Origin: Trypanosoma brucei
Lineage: Eukaryota
Assembly (NCBI GenBank): GCA_000002445.1
Contig: CM000208.1
Coordinates: 1,920,001-1,984,000, forward strand
DNA length: 64,000 bases
Reading direction: 5' to 3'
Numbering within the stretch: position 1 is the stretch's first letter; each line of letters starts with the position of its first letter. The notes beneath the pieces were generated by a model. It saw only the letters and a program-made list of their open reading frames with translations, had not been told where the DNA came from and made no database searches. The position numbers and the translations under genes were made by a program. Positions 11,231 to 20,897 of this stretch are shown piece by piece.

Positions 11231-12283
11231 TTACAAGGCTAACTTTTGCTTTCGACGGTTTCCAATAATATCGTATAACGCACTCCTATATTGATCCGCG
11301 GGTCTCTCCTCCTCATCCGGAAATGGGAGTTTGATGGGCACAGCCTTGTCGAGCTCCTCGAAGTCACTCGGGGACGTAAAAGGAGCAAAGTAAGGGTGCT
11401 GCAGAGCCTCCCGCGCCGTTGGCCGCTTGTTGGGATCAAAGACAATACATTTACATATTAAGTCCACGGCGTCTGCGTTGTATTTACTCAGCCGCTCAGG
11501 TAACGGATCTGGGTCAATCGCAGGCAGAGAATCTATGAGTGGCCAAGTTTCTTCGGATTTCAAACTCTCGAGGTCCTCGGCCGATGGCTCGCCAAGGGCG
11601 GCAACAATCAACCCGATTTGGTGCAATGTTGAGTTCCCCGTGAACAAAGGGGAACCGGTAAACAATTCACCCAAAATGCAACCAACGGCCCACATGTCCA
11701 TAGCTGTTGTGTAGCACGTGGACTTCACGAGAACCTCTGGCGATCGATACCAGCGCGTTGCTATGTATTCAGTGAGGTCGTTGTCGCCACCTTGTGTATT
11801 GAAGCAGCGCGCGAGGCCAAAGTCGCCCAGCTTGATGTTGCAGTCTGAGTTCAGAAAAACATTGGCAGGCTTCAAGTCCCGATGAATCACCCCACGGGCG
11901 TGCAAACCGGCAACGGCATAGACAATTTGGTAAGCTACGTATTGCCGCTGTACGGACTCCATGATGTTATGCCGCAGTACAACCGACAAATCAGTTTCGG
12001 CAAGTTCAAATACGAGATAGAGGTCCGTTCCATTGATGGAGCGAATTACATTTAGCAAAGGAACAATGTTGTCGAGCTGCAGAGTGCTAAGGAGCATCAC
12101 CTCGCGGTAGGTTCGTTGCGCGTCTTGTCTATTTCCAAATGCGTCGTATACCTTTTTGATTGCCACTTTCATTTTTGTCACCCTGTCAAGAGCACACCAA
12201 ACGACTCCGTACGCCCCGCTTCCAATGTGGCACAATATTTTGTACCGCTGTTCAATTCGTCCATCGATGCTGAACGACACCAT
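11231..12283 (-). CDS. KFR1: Mitogen-activated protein kinase (ERK-like, TEY activation loop); position and size suggest T. brucei KFR1
   Basis: 350-aa ORF with ATG start. Glycine loop GSGAYGVV, VAIKK, HRDLKPAN, DFGLAR, TEY..WYRSPE all present. The KFR1 name is from my recollection of chromosome 10 synteny, not from a search. Confidence 0.8.
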   Translation of the reverse strand: MVSFSIDGRIEQRYKILCHIGSGAYGVVWCALDRVTKMKVAIKKVYDAFGNRQDAQRTYREVMLLSTLQLDNIVPLLNVIRSINGTDLYLVFELAETDLSVVLRHNIMESVQRQYVAYQIVYAVAGLHARGVIHRDLKPANVFLNSDCNIKLGDFGLARCFNTQGGDNDLTEYIATRWYRSPEVLVKSTCYTTAMDMWAVGCILGELFTGSPLFTGNSTLHQIGLIVAALGEPSAEDLESLKSEETWPLIDSLPAIDPDPLPERLSKYNADAVDLICKCIVFDPNKRPTAREALQHPYFAPFTSPSDFEELDKAVPIKLPFPDEEERPADQYRSALYDIIGNRRKQKLAL

Positions 12284-12544
12284 CTAGTTTTCCTACTTTG
12301 CTTTTTTATAGAAAAAAGATGAAAAAGCCCAGACAGCAAGAAATGTAATGAAAACTCCTCACAGCTGCACCACCGACAGGGCTCACTCAATAACTATGAA
12401 CCTCGCTCGAGAATACTCAGGCTCAGTGGAGATTAAACAAATAGCATCTGAGCAACGGCTTTGGTGGTATGAAACAGGGCTGCATATTTCTAAACGGAAC
12501 CCCTAAACTTCAATCCTTGCCCTCGCAGAGGTTCTGCCGTTGCT

Positions 12545-13465
12545 TCAGTTTTTTGCTGCGTTGAATCTGCCAAAAGCCTTCAACCGCATTTCTCGTGCCT
12601 CTTGAGCCATTTCCTCCTGCGTCTTTGCAACACGGTGACCACCGGTGTCGCTTTTTTCTTCAACCGTCGATTTCCCGTCGATACGTCGTCCCACTCCCAT
12701 AAATGGAACAAACGCTGCCTTCGCTTCTTCTTTCGGTTGCTTCGTACGCGCTGGTTGAGGTTGATTGCCGATGGTAGGTGGCTGAAGCACAAACGGAGCG
12801 AATTCGACGGCGTCATCGGCTCCAATTATGTTACCTCCCTGTGGCATCTGGCGTTCGCTTTCTGTTGGTGACGGGGGCATATCGAGGGGGCGTTCAAACT
12901 CAACTTTGAGTTCAGTTGCTTGCGTGTCAGCCCGCACTGTGGATATGGCATCGACGCTTTTACCCGTGTCATCCGTGATACTAATAACATCGATAACGAA
13001 GTCCCTGTCAAGATAGTCCAGAACAATGGACGTTCCCTTGGTAAGAACTGGGTAGTCACTCAGCCGCATCTCCAAAACATTCTTTGGGTTGCTCAGCTGG
13101 AGGAAGTTGCTTTCCTGCGGCCGTAACTTGATAAGACCTCCGGGTGGCAGTGTACATGTCTCGATGGCAACGGTGCTGCCCTCGCACAGCCCCATCGCAG
13201 TGAACATCCAGGCTGGCATAACAATATGACCTTCCTCTGCGCTGAATTCAAGCACTCCTGCATAGCACGTCACTCCCCGTTTACCATTGCGCAGTTTGAA
13301 TTGCAGCGGGTAAGCGACCCTCATGGTTGACAATTTCTGCAAGCATGTTGGGGGCAATATGACGCGTGAGCCGCTATTAATTTTGGCGTCCGTACTCGCG
13401 AACACACTGGGAAAGGCTCTCAAAGATCCTCTAAATATCTCTGGGCTCTCCTTTCCAGGATACAT
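12545..13465 (-). CDS. UFD1: Ubiquitin fusion degradation protein UFD1 (Cdc48/p97 cofactor)
   Basis: 306-aa ORF with ATG start. The N-terminal double-psi barrel region aligns with yeast/human UFD1 (VILPPTCLQKLS..YPLQFKL..GVLEFSAEEG..MPAWMF). Confidence 0.8.
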   Translation of the reverse strand: MYPGKESPEIFRGSLRAFPSVFASTDAKINSGSRVILPPTCLQKLSTMRVAYPLQFKLRNGKRGVTCYAGVLEFSAEEGHIVMPAWMFTAMGLCEGSTVAIETCTLPPGGLIKLRPQESNFLQLSNPKNVLEMRLSDYPVLTKGTSIVLDYLDRDFVIDVISITDDTGKSVDAISTVRADTQATELKVEFERPLDMPPSPTESERQMPQGGNIIGADDAVEFAPFVLQPPTIGNQPQPARTKQPKEEAKAAFVPFMGVGRRIDGKSTVEEKSDTGGHRVAKTQEEMAQEAREMRLKAFGRFNAAKN

Positions 13466-13744
13466 GTAGGTGTGGATAAGCCTCAGGTCAATTGCACGGG
13501 GCTACAGGGCGCCTCGTGAACTTCTCGCTCTCAGGGGCAGAAATATGCAAAGAAAGCGAAAGCAAACAAACAAACTCTAACCCCTAGGCGAAAACAGCTA
13601 AGCAGAAATAAGAGCAACTGTACTGTCTATTAGCGTTAGCTTGAAAGAGCTTCTAGAACTGTAAGAAAGCAAAGGAAAGAAGCGAAAGGAAGTAACCTCA
13701 CACATGTTTGCTCAGCACCGCAGTATATTTCGCCTTTTTCTTTT

Positions 13745-14091
13745 CAGACACTCAAGAACCCATTGATACAACAGATCGTACACATCGACAGTTCAGTGAA
13801 ACCGCCTCCATGTTTCCCCCGCCATTTCTCAAAAAGATGTGCAGGTGACAATATTCTCACGGGGTGGGGTGAACAGCTGTGACTACGTGCTATCACGACC
13901 AAAAAGGGGAAAAACAAGGGGGGCGGGATGAGAGGAACAAACAAAGAGTAAGTGGAGAACATGGACAGTTAAAAGTCCTTTTCCCTTTCCTCCACCCAAA
14001 CACGCGAGGTAAGGAAGATGTTTCCGATGCGGCTACAGCAGACAAACCCACTGACCTCAGCCCCACAGCGCAATGTTACCCTGGCTTGAAT
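13745..14091. repeat. Dispersed repeat copy A (~347 bp), intergenic between the PCI-domain gene and UFD1
   Basis: Direct-orientation duplicate of 34579-34925. By eye the identity is 99%+ (one c/g mismatch found) with sharp boundaries (cagacact...ggcttgaat). On the transcribed minus strand it contains a long pyrimidine tract followed by AG dinucleotides. Confidence 0.85.
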
Positions 14092-14308
14092 TTTCCCCTT
14101 TAGTAGATGACACCAATTCACAAATACGCGGGCCCTGGGGGACTGTTTTCTCACCTCATTGTCCTGCTGAGCCCAATCCGTTCGGCACTGAGGTATAAAG
14201 AAAATCTTGAAGCAAGAGGACTACCGGTAGACAAACGAAGGACATCATTCGATATATGTTCAAACGGTCTGTTAGTGGTCTCCAAGTAGACGGACGCTAT
14301 CGTTGGCA

Positions 14309-15472
14309 TCACAATAGGGGACTTTCACATAGCTCTGGGTAACGACCAGTGATAAGATCCACGGCATGCGACAGCTCCTTAGAGATGATGCTGATCCTCC
14401 CATCCCAGTCCTCTAACACTGAGGTGCGCTTCAGCCGGTTAAATATCACTACCTCGTCCACTTGGTCAAGCCTGGCGTCCAGTCTATGTTCCGAAACCAT
14501 CCGAGACACGAGTCGTTCTACATCGGCAGGGGTAATGCCGATAACAACTCCAAGCCGCTCAAAAGTAGCATTGCAGTACATCTGAGAAACTACCTCGAGA
14601 TTGTGCTGCGCGAAAGCTTCTTTGGCCGCGGCAACGTCATCGTCAGACGACAGCCCTGCCAATTGAAGAAAACACTGCAGTTCGGAGGGCCGCAACAGAT
14701 GCAACTGGGCTGCCCGGTTGAGTATGGCCTGCAAATCACCGAGAAGCAACGCGTTTTCGTCCTTCTGATAAACGCGGAGCCGCCGTGTACGTACTGGACT
14801 AGCATCTGATTGTATGACGGACACAACCGCAAGTTGAAGATGTGTGGCATCTTTGGTCCGTTCATACAGCTCAGCGAAACGCAATGAGGCATCAGTAAAA
14901 CGATGCCATGCCATCAAGACCGTGCCGAGGTAATACAAAAATCCATTTACGGCGGTAGCCGCAGTAGGATCCTCCGAAAGGGCCTTGTAGAGTGAGATTC
15001 CACGCGGGTACTCTGCCTCCGCCACTGCATAATCGCGTGTACGAAGCGCGCTGCTGAGGATTTTTGTCACGATTTCGAGCGATACTACATCATCCTTTGC
15101 TGGGAGCATGGAGCACCATGTCTGTTGCGCTAGACGTTCGTTGCCTGCAAGCACGCACCACTCGGCAACGGCCTCGCGCATCGCAAAAATTGTGGGGCTT
15201 GCTCCAGTACTACAGCGACTGTGTGCACCTAACAACACAATTCCCGCTTCGAGGGCAAAGGGAGCGCAATGTGGCGACGTAATTACCATTTCCTTCAAAA
15301 TATTGAAGGAGCGAGCAGCGACCACCGCCCAAATGTCGGCTCTCGCAGCTCCTTCAAGATGCTGCTGAACGAAAATCCTCCACCCGTCCAGATCCCCGGT
15401 TGCAACAAGGGAAACGGCTTGTGATTCGGCCCATCCGAGACTACCGACCTCATTTCCCCCCTCCTTTATCAT
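14309..15472 (-). CDS. PCI-domain protein (26S proteasome lid Rpn / COP9 signalosome CSN-type subunit)
   Basis: The C-terminal PCI/winged-helix region (..ATFERLGVVIGITPADVERLVSRMVSEHRLDARLDQVDEVVIF..) resembles Rpn5/Rpn6/CSN4. The ORF track extends to an ATG at 15649, but residues 1-59 translate a pyrimidine tract (SFFSFFIPL). The likely start is therefore the internal ATG at 15472 (MIKEGGNEVG..). Confidence 0.6.
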   Translation of the reverse strand: MIKEGGNEVGSLGWAESQAVSLVATGDLDGWRIFVQQHLEGAARADIWAVVAARSFNILKEMVITSPHCAPFALEAGIVLLGAHSRCSTGASPTIFAMREAVAEWCVLAGNERLAQQTWCSMLPAKDDVVSLEIVTKILSSALRTRDYAVAEAEYPRGISLYKALSEDPTAATAVNGFLYYLGTVLMAWHRFTDASLRFAELYERTKDATHLQLAVVSVIQSDASPVRTRRLRVYQKDENALLLGDLQAILNRAAQLHLLRPSELQCFLQLAGLSSDDDVAAAKEAFAQHNLEVVSQMYCNATFERLGVVIGITPADVERLVSRMVSEHRLDARLDQVDEVVIFNRLKRTSVLEDWDGRISIISKELSHAVDLITGRYPELCESPLL

Positions 15473-15788
15473 GGCCCTTTGGCCACAGGTGTGTATTGTT
15501 ATACCGCCGAGGGGAATAAAAAACGAAAAAAAAGAAGGAGCACATAAGCTCAGCGTGCATACAACTTCAAGAAATAATACACCTAACCTCCATGAAGGAC
15601 AGTGGTGTGGCCTCTCAAGTGTATCCTCGAACGCGTGTACATCCCTCATGCCCGTAATGTGCTTTATATGTTATATCCCGGCCACCGTTCCTTTTTTGTT
15701 GTTAAAGGGTTGGTTCGGAAACAAAGGAAATTAGTTTATTAACAGCGATTAAATGTCCAGCAGTTGGGTCGAGGTGGATGACCAACCA

Positions 15789-17927
15789 CTACTCCCTTTT
15801 TGCTTTCTTACTCGGTCTGCCTAGAAAATACTCAACTGCCCCGTCATCCCTTGCTTCATTTCGCTCATGCTGCCGCCTCCCCTGCCGAGCGTTCACGACA
15901 GTGGCGGCCAAACCAACGACGTCAGGATTATGTCTTCGGTCTTTTTGAGCAACGTCAAGATGGAAACGTGGATCACTAAGCAACTTACTTTGGAAGCGGG
16001 TGTCGATCGCCTCTGCTGCCGCATCCGAAGCCAGGCGTTGCCGCGCTTCGCGGGTGACACCAAGGTTATTAGAGGCACGCATCTTCTTCTTTTCCGCGCG
16101 TTCGGCAGCCAAGCGTTGCTTCACTGCGCGAGCGTGCTGTTTTCGCTTTTCCTTGCCGCTCAGGTGTATTGCGCCCTCGTCATCAGTGCCGAGAGCGGCC
16201 CGTAGGACCTGCCTCCTTTCTTCACGCTCCGCATGCTGCTTTGCCGTCTCGGCCTCCCGCTCTTGCATGATCATTTCTTTCTTTTTCTTTTTCATTTCGC
16301 TGCGCCGTAGCTTGTACTTGAGCTCGGCTTTACTTCCGAGGTCAGAAGAAGTCATTTGTTGCTTTATGCGCACGTCGCGCTGCAGTTTCACGGCCTTGGA
16401 CTCTGCATCAAGATCAAGTGTTGCCTCAACCTCACCAAAAACTTCAGGCGACCCTTCACACGACCCCTCAGATTTCTCCATTTCAACGTCACTGAAGCGA
16501 TTTAACGAGTCGTCATCACTCTCGTCACTATTTTCTTCGTCAGCTTCGCCGTCCTCACCACTTCCCCCATAATCCTCCGGTAGTCCCCCTATTTCTTCCA
16601 GAAGCGCGGCATACTTTTTGCGAATTCGAACCTTGTCCTTGGCGCGCTTCATTTTTTTGCCGTTCACACGACTGTTTTCCACATTATCGTCCACTTCATC
16701 TTCCTCAGAGGAATCAGGTGGGGCGATATACGCTGCCAGGTCATCATCTGCCGTCTCACCCGTAAAGCTGTCGCGCAGTGAGCGGTGCCGGAACACATCC
16801 TCCTGATCCCAAGATATTCTGAAGCGTGTTTGCGACAGCGCCGCCGCCTTAAATGCCGCAAGCGGTTGATAGTTTGCAGGAATGCGGTCGGCCTTATTCA
16901 CAGGGTTCTCAAAGACTTCACTATCGTCTACGTAACGCAGGTCGAGCACAACGCCGCTTGCCTCGATATCCATGCCATCTAGCTGGTTGTACACGGCCTC
17001 TGCTGTCTCAGGCGAGTCAAAAGTGGCAACTGCGTAGTAGTACTTCATACGGTCTCTCTCGTACTTGCGATGCTTTCCCTCCGAAAACAGTTCCCCATCT
17101 TCGCCTTCTTCTTGCAACATTGCGATGTTGTCATCTTCCCACGGGTCATCATCCATTGTATGCTCTTTTTCTATATTACCTTCTTCAGCCTCATTATCAC
17201 CAACACCGTAGTCCATTCCACTTTCCTTTCCCTTATTCTTTCTATCCTTTTTTTTGCTTCCCTCCTTGATCGGTTTGTCGGCGTCGGCGGGTGGCTTCAC
17301 ACTCACCTCATCCCTCTTTTCCCACAAGTCGGGTCCGTGCATCCGCTCATATTCAAGCATTCGCTTACCAAAGTCACTCATGTACACGGCGACATTCAAA
17401 AGCTGCCCACCAAGTGGCAGCGCGTAGAAGAGGACTGCGTACAGGTCTACTGACCTTATATGATCCCAACTACAGTTCACAATCGCTAGGCGGTGTTTCG
17501 GCTCGACGTATTCGACATCTGAAGGTGACCATGCCCTAACTTCACCATCAAGCTGCTCCGCTTCATCATCCGAGAGGTCCATCCCTCCACCGTTATCGGA
17601 TTTTAGGCTACTAGCTATATCTGAGAGCGCTTCAGCTCCCTCTTCGCCATCCTCCATGTCACTGTATTCGTCACTTTCCTCATCCTCTTCTTCTTTCTCC
17701 GAGTCCCCTTCTCCACCTTGAATCTGACGCAAGTGTTTTGCAAAGCGGGGGTCCTGCCTGGCTGCATCTTGCACTGTACCTCTTCCTCTACCACTGCGGT
17801 GCCCTCCGCGCGTGAGTTGAAAGCGGGGGTCCGTAAAGCGTGAGGCAAACCTTGCGTCACCACCTCGGCCCCGTCCTCGCCCTCTGTGGAGGCCGCGCCC
17901 CCGGGAGGAGCTTTGTAGTGTCTTCAT
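15789..17927 (-). CDS. ESF1: Pre-rRNA processing protein ESF1 homologue (NUC153 / DPRF motifs, acidic tracts)
   Basis: 712-aa ORF with ATG start. Repeated DPRF motifs (TDPRFQ, QDPRFAK, SDPRFHL), LAIVNCSWDHIRSVDLYAVLF matching the ESF1 RRM-like core, and long Asp/Glu/Ser-rich runs. Confidence 0.65.
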   Translation of the reverse strand: MKTLQSSSRGRGLHRGRGRGRGGDARFASRFTDPRFQLTRGGHRSGRGRGTVQDAARQDPRFAKHLRQIQGGEGDSEKEEEDEESDEYSDMEDGEEGAEALSDIASSLKSDNGGGMDLSDDEAEQLDGEVRAWSPSDVEYVEPKHRLAIVNCSWDHIRSVDLYAVLFYALPLGGQLLNVAVYMSDFGKRMLEYERMHGPDLWEKRDEVSVKPPADADKPIKEGSKKKDRKNKGKESGMDYGVGDNEAEEGNIEKEHTMDDDPWEDDNIAMLQEEGEDGELFSEGKHRKYERDRMKYYYAVATFDSPETAEAVYNQLDGMDIEASGVVLDLRYVDDSEVFENPVNKADRIPANYQPLAAFKAAALSQTRFRISWDQEDVFRHRSLRDSFTGETADDDLAAYIAPPDSSEEDEVDDNVENSRVNGKKMKRAKDKVRIRKKYAALLEEIGGLPEDYGGSGEDGEADEENSDESDDDSLNRFSDVEMEKSEGSCEGSPEVFGEVEATLDLDAESKAVKLQRDVRIKQQMTSSDLGSKAELKYKLRRSEMKKKKKEMIMQEREAETAKQHAEREERRQVLRAALGTDDEGAIHLSGKEKRKQHARAVKQRLAAERAEKKKMRASNNLGVTREARQRLASDAAAEAIDTRFQSKLLSDPRFHLDVAQKDRRHNPDVVGLAATVVNARQGRRQHERNEARDDGAVEYFLGRPSKKAKRE

Positions 17928-18301
17928 AGCAAGTGGAAGACCTTGTGGTTAAGTATGTACACTATAAATCAGTAATATCAATAGCAATGGCATCAGAAGC
18001 GAAATATACAAAACATTTACATGCGTGAGGGCATGATGCGCGAAGGGAAAACGCAGTGGCAGCAGTGAGTTAAGATACAGTAACCTCAGTATGGCGGTGT
18101 TTGTGGATTCCCGCCCGTAACAAAGTGCAAGAAAATTCCCCGTCTTTTGTCGCTGAGCTGAGCAGGGGTGAATGTCGATTGGGGAAGGTGCGAGGTGCGC
18201 AGCACAACTTGAAGTAAAGGCGGTGCCGAAAAGGTGCAAATAAGCAAGCGAAAAGCACGAACAACAAAGGGGGATGATGATAGTGTTACGTTAACCGAGT
18301 T

Positions 18302-18724
18302 TTACTCTTTCTCCTTCCGAGAAAATGACGGTATGATCGCAACAAGATTGAGGAAAAGTACGAGTGAAACCAGACCCAGGGGAATTGTCCATATGTGAAA
18401 CACTGGCCACACGGCTACGGCCCAAAGGAATCCCCCAGCGCACCATGCGCCCGCGGCAGTGTGCAGTAGTCCCTTATGCGTTTCACTCCAATTAGGGTGC
18501 TTCGGCTTCACGACTAGACCCGTGTAAAACCAGAGAGCGACAAAAATGGCGAACGATGCGTACGAGAGTAGCATGACGGGTTGTATGATTTTACGGGAGC
18601 GTAGCATAACTTCAGCTAACTTTGCCATTTTCAACACATAAACACAAACCGCAATAGTACACAACTTCGTGATATAAAATGCAGCATTCCGCGGTGGTGG
18701 TGGTTTCGTGTTGGTTAGCCTCAT
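18302..18724 (-). CDS. Small multi-pass membrane protein (hypothetical)
   Basis: 140-aa ORF with three to four strongly hydrophobic segments. An alternative start MAKLAEV lies at residue 33. There is no strong pyrimidine tract immediately upstream, so this is a lower-confidence gene. Confidence 0.35.
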   Translation of the reverse strand: MRLTNTKPPPPRNAAFYITKLCTIAVCVYVLKMAKLAEVMLRSRKIIQPVMLLSYASFAIFVALWFYTGLVVKPKHPNWSETHKGLLHTAAGAWCAGGFLWAVAVWPVFHIWTIPLGLVSLVLFLNLVAIIPSFSRKEKE

Positions 18725-19148
18725 CAGGTTCTATTGTTGTCGAGCCGTTTATTTTTTACTTTTCTTCCTTTCTCCTTTTTTGTTAAAAATTTGAAAGAAG
18801 GGAAAGAGGCTGAAAGTGAAAGCCTTGCATTATCCACCTTTTCGGGGGACAGATGCCTGTGTACAAATGTATGGTCTCTCTTTCCTTTTTTTTTTTGGCT
18901 GGTATGTGCAGCAAAGGATTACATTTTTTTTTTTAAAGTACAACTCCATGAAACAATACCATAAAAGGAAGAATAGGAAAATCAAGGTTTCCTAATTTTG
19001 AAGAGGTAAAGCAGACGAGGGGGAGGAGGAGGGCTGAGAACACAACTGCTTGGGTACATAAAACACTAGAAACAACCAGACACATGGGTCCGCCCTGTGC
19101 ATTTAACCGTACACTCGGTTCCAAAAGAGACGTCGGTTCCGTTCACGT

Positions 19149-20675
19149 TCAAACCTCCTTTTCTGTAATGAAGATTGACGGATCGCCCTTAAGTGCGCGT
19201 AGCTTTTGCGCAGCCGCAATCTCGATTGAATTGAGTTGCTCGGGTTTGATTACAGATCTCGCGTCGTAGAGAGACGGTAGAGCCCCGGTGGAGGGTGAGG
19301 CACACCGTGAGCTGTGTAGACCGTTACTCTCGGATTGAGTGTTCGACGTTTGTTCTAGTGAAGAAGACATACATTGCTGTTTCTTCGGTAAGTCAGTGCG
19401 GAGTGCATTTTCCTCCAACTTATTTATCTTATTTTCCATCTCCGTGATGGTGCCTAAAAGTGCAACCCAGTTTTGCTCCATGGTTGTGGCGTAATGCTGC
19501 AGGTCCTTGACGGAATAAATCTCGGCTCGTCTCTCTGGTCGCCTCGTCATGAGATTTCGAAGCGCCTTCACTTCCTCCCGAATGTCATCCTCAGGCTTAC
19601 GCTCGTTGACGCCGCGGTATATCAATATGGGCGGTGGTGCGAAGTCATCAACAACTTTTTGCGTGCTTCGCATATCCAGTGTGCCCTGATAAGCCGAGGC
19701 ACTAATCAATAATGACGGATCATAAATGCGGTTTGCCCACTCCCCTCCCATTACCTCGTAGTGCGAGGAAACAATAATGGAGAGCGTTGCTGCCGTCTGT
19801 ACTGCCATCTCTTCATTTCGTTGGGTAAAGGGACAAGGAATGACAGGGGTGCCAAGCAAATGCAACACGCCTAAAACCGAGCGCTGTACCTCGCCGTAAC
19901 GCGTGAAGACGGGCACAAGGAGCTGTGCGGCGTTGGATGTTTCGATTAAATCGACAAGCGGAGAGTTTTCCGAGGCTCTAGGATCAAACGCACCCGGCCG
20001 CGGCTTCAGATTCAGCGCAATCCCGGCTTCACTCACTGCACATGGTATGGAGGTCTCACCAACACGATAGGGAGCTGAGTTTCGAAGTCTAGACACGTCA
20101 CGGCCAACTACAAAAGGAGCAACAAGCTCGGCGGATACGGCGCCAGGCGGAGGTATCCACAGTAGTGCGACGGCAGCACGTGTGCGGATTGCCACACTCT
20201 CCAAAACGCAATATATGCTCGCTGACACAAGCTCAAGAGCGGAGTTCATCTTTCGTATCTTATGGCTGGGGACAGTTCCATTAAAAGTGGCCCTCGGTGA
20301 GCACCCACCATATGAATGGCGTGGGATGGTTGGTGTTGTCATTTGCGTAGCCGGTGAGTGTATGTGATTTTCTTGTTTGATATTGGGAAATGACGTGACC
20401 AACTCCCCTTGTTCCTGCAGGTTCCGTCGCTTTGCGGCCTCTTGACCCCCCTTATCTTGCTTTAGAGCCCCAAACTCCTGGTGAATTGCGGAGCACAACT
20501 CACGTAGGGCTCCTCTAAGCTGAAGGACTTGATGAGTCCCTTCAGCCGTTTCCACCTTCATCTCGTTAACGATATTGTGTATTTCGTCGAGACGGTGTGA
20601 AATAATATCACTAAAGGAACATTGACCTAATGAGGAAGGTGGAAATGCGTGTCGACAACTATAACAAAGCTGCAT
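19149..20675 (-). CDS. GAF-like domain protein with C-terminal coiled coil (hypothetical)
   Basis: 508-aa ORF with ATG start. The central segment GETSIPCAVSEAGIALNLKPRPGAFDPRASENSPLVDLIETSNAAQLLVPVF..VLGVLHLLG follows the GAF ligand-binding consensus (G..G...LN....DPRF...S.L.VP.....V.GVL.L). No PDE catalytic or cyclase motifs are present. Confidence 0.5.
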   Translation of the reverse strand: MQLCYSCRHAFPPSSLGQCSFSDIISHRLDEIHNIVNEMKVETAEGTHQVLQLRGALRELCSAIHQEFGALKQDKGGQEAAKRRNLQEQGELVTSFPNIKQENHIHSPATQMTTPTIPRHSYGGCSPRATFNGTVPSHKIRKMNSALELVSASIYCVLESVAIRTRAAVALLWIPPPGAVSAELVAPFVVGRDVSRLRNSAPYRVGETSIPCAVSEAGIALNLKPRPGAFDPRASENSPLVDLIETSNAAQLLVPVFTRYGEVQRSVLGVLHLLGTPVIPCPFTQRNEEMAVQTAATLSIIVSSHYEVMGGEWANRIYDPSLLISASAYQGTLDMRSTQKVVDDFAPPPILIYRGVNERKPEDDIREEVKALRNLMTRRPERRAEIYSVKDLQHYATTMEQNWVALLGTITEMENKINKLEENALRTDLPKKQQCMSSSLEQTSNTQSESNGLHSSRCASPSTGALPSLYDARSVIKPEQLNSIEIAAAQKLRALKGDPSIFITEKEV

Positions 20676-20897
20676 TCCTTCACTTCTTTTTTCTTTTTTT
20701 TAAAAAAACAACAACAGCATACAAATGAAGAAAGGAAAGAAAAATGCGCAAATGACAAGTCGAGGGCATAAAGGAATTGCAACCAACGCTGGGAATATAG
20801 ATAACGGTAACCCACCGGCACCTTCGGAAACTATTCCGCCCAATGGGAATAAACTCTCCGCTTCTCCGGTTGTCGTGCTAAGAAAATGACAATACTT

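Noticed and set aside
13745-14091. Possibility that the 347-bp repeat encodes a protein (72-96-aa and 74-aa ORFs on both strands)
   Set aside because: The ORFs are translations of the pyrimidine tract (FVPLIPPPLFFPFLVV) or of purine-rich sequence, and they differ in length between the two copies because they run into unique flanks. There is no coding signal.
14309-15649. Full-length 446-aa version of the PCI-domain ORF
   Set aside because: Residues 1-59 translate a classic pyrimidine tract plus AG located upstream of the internal ATG at 15472. I chose the shorter start. The upstream ATG at 15649 remains a formal alternative.
16000-16572. 190-aa plus-strand Ser/Ala/Arg-rich ORF
   Set aside because: Antisense of the acidic low-complexity region of ESF1, and low complexity itself.
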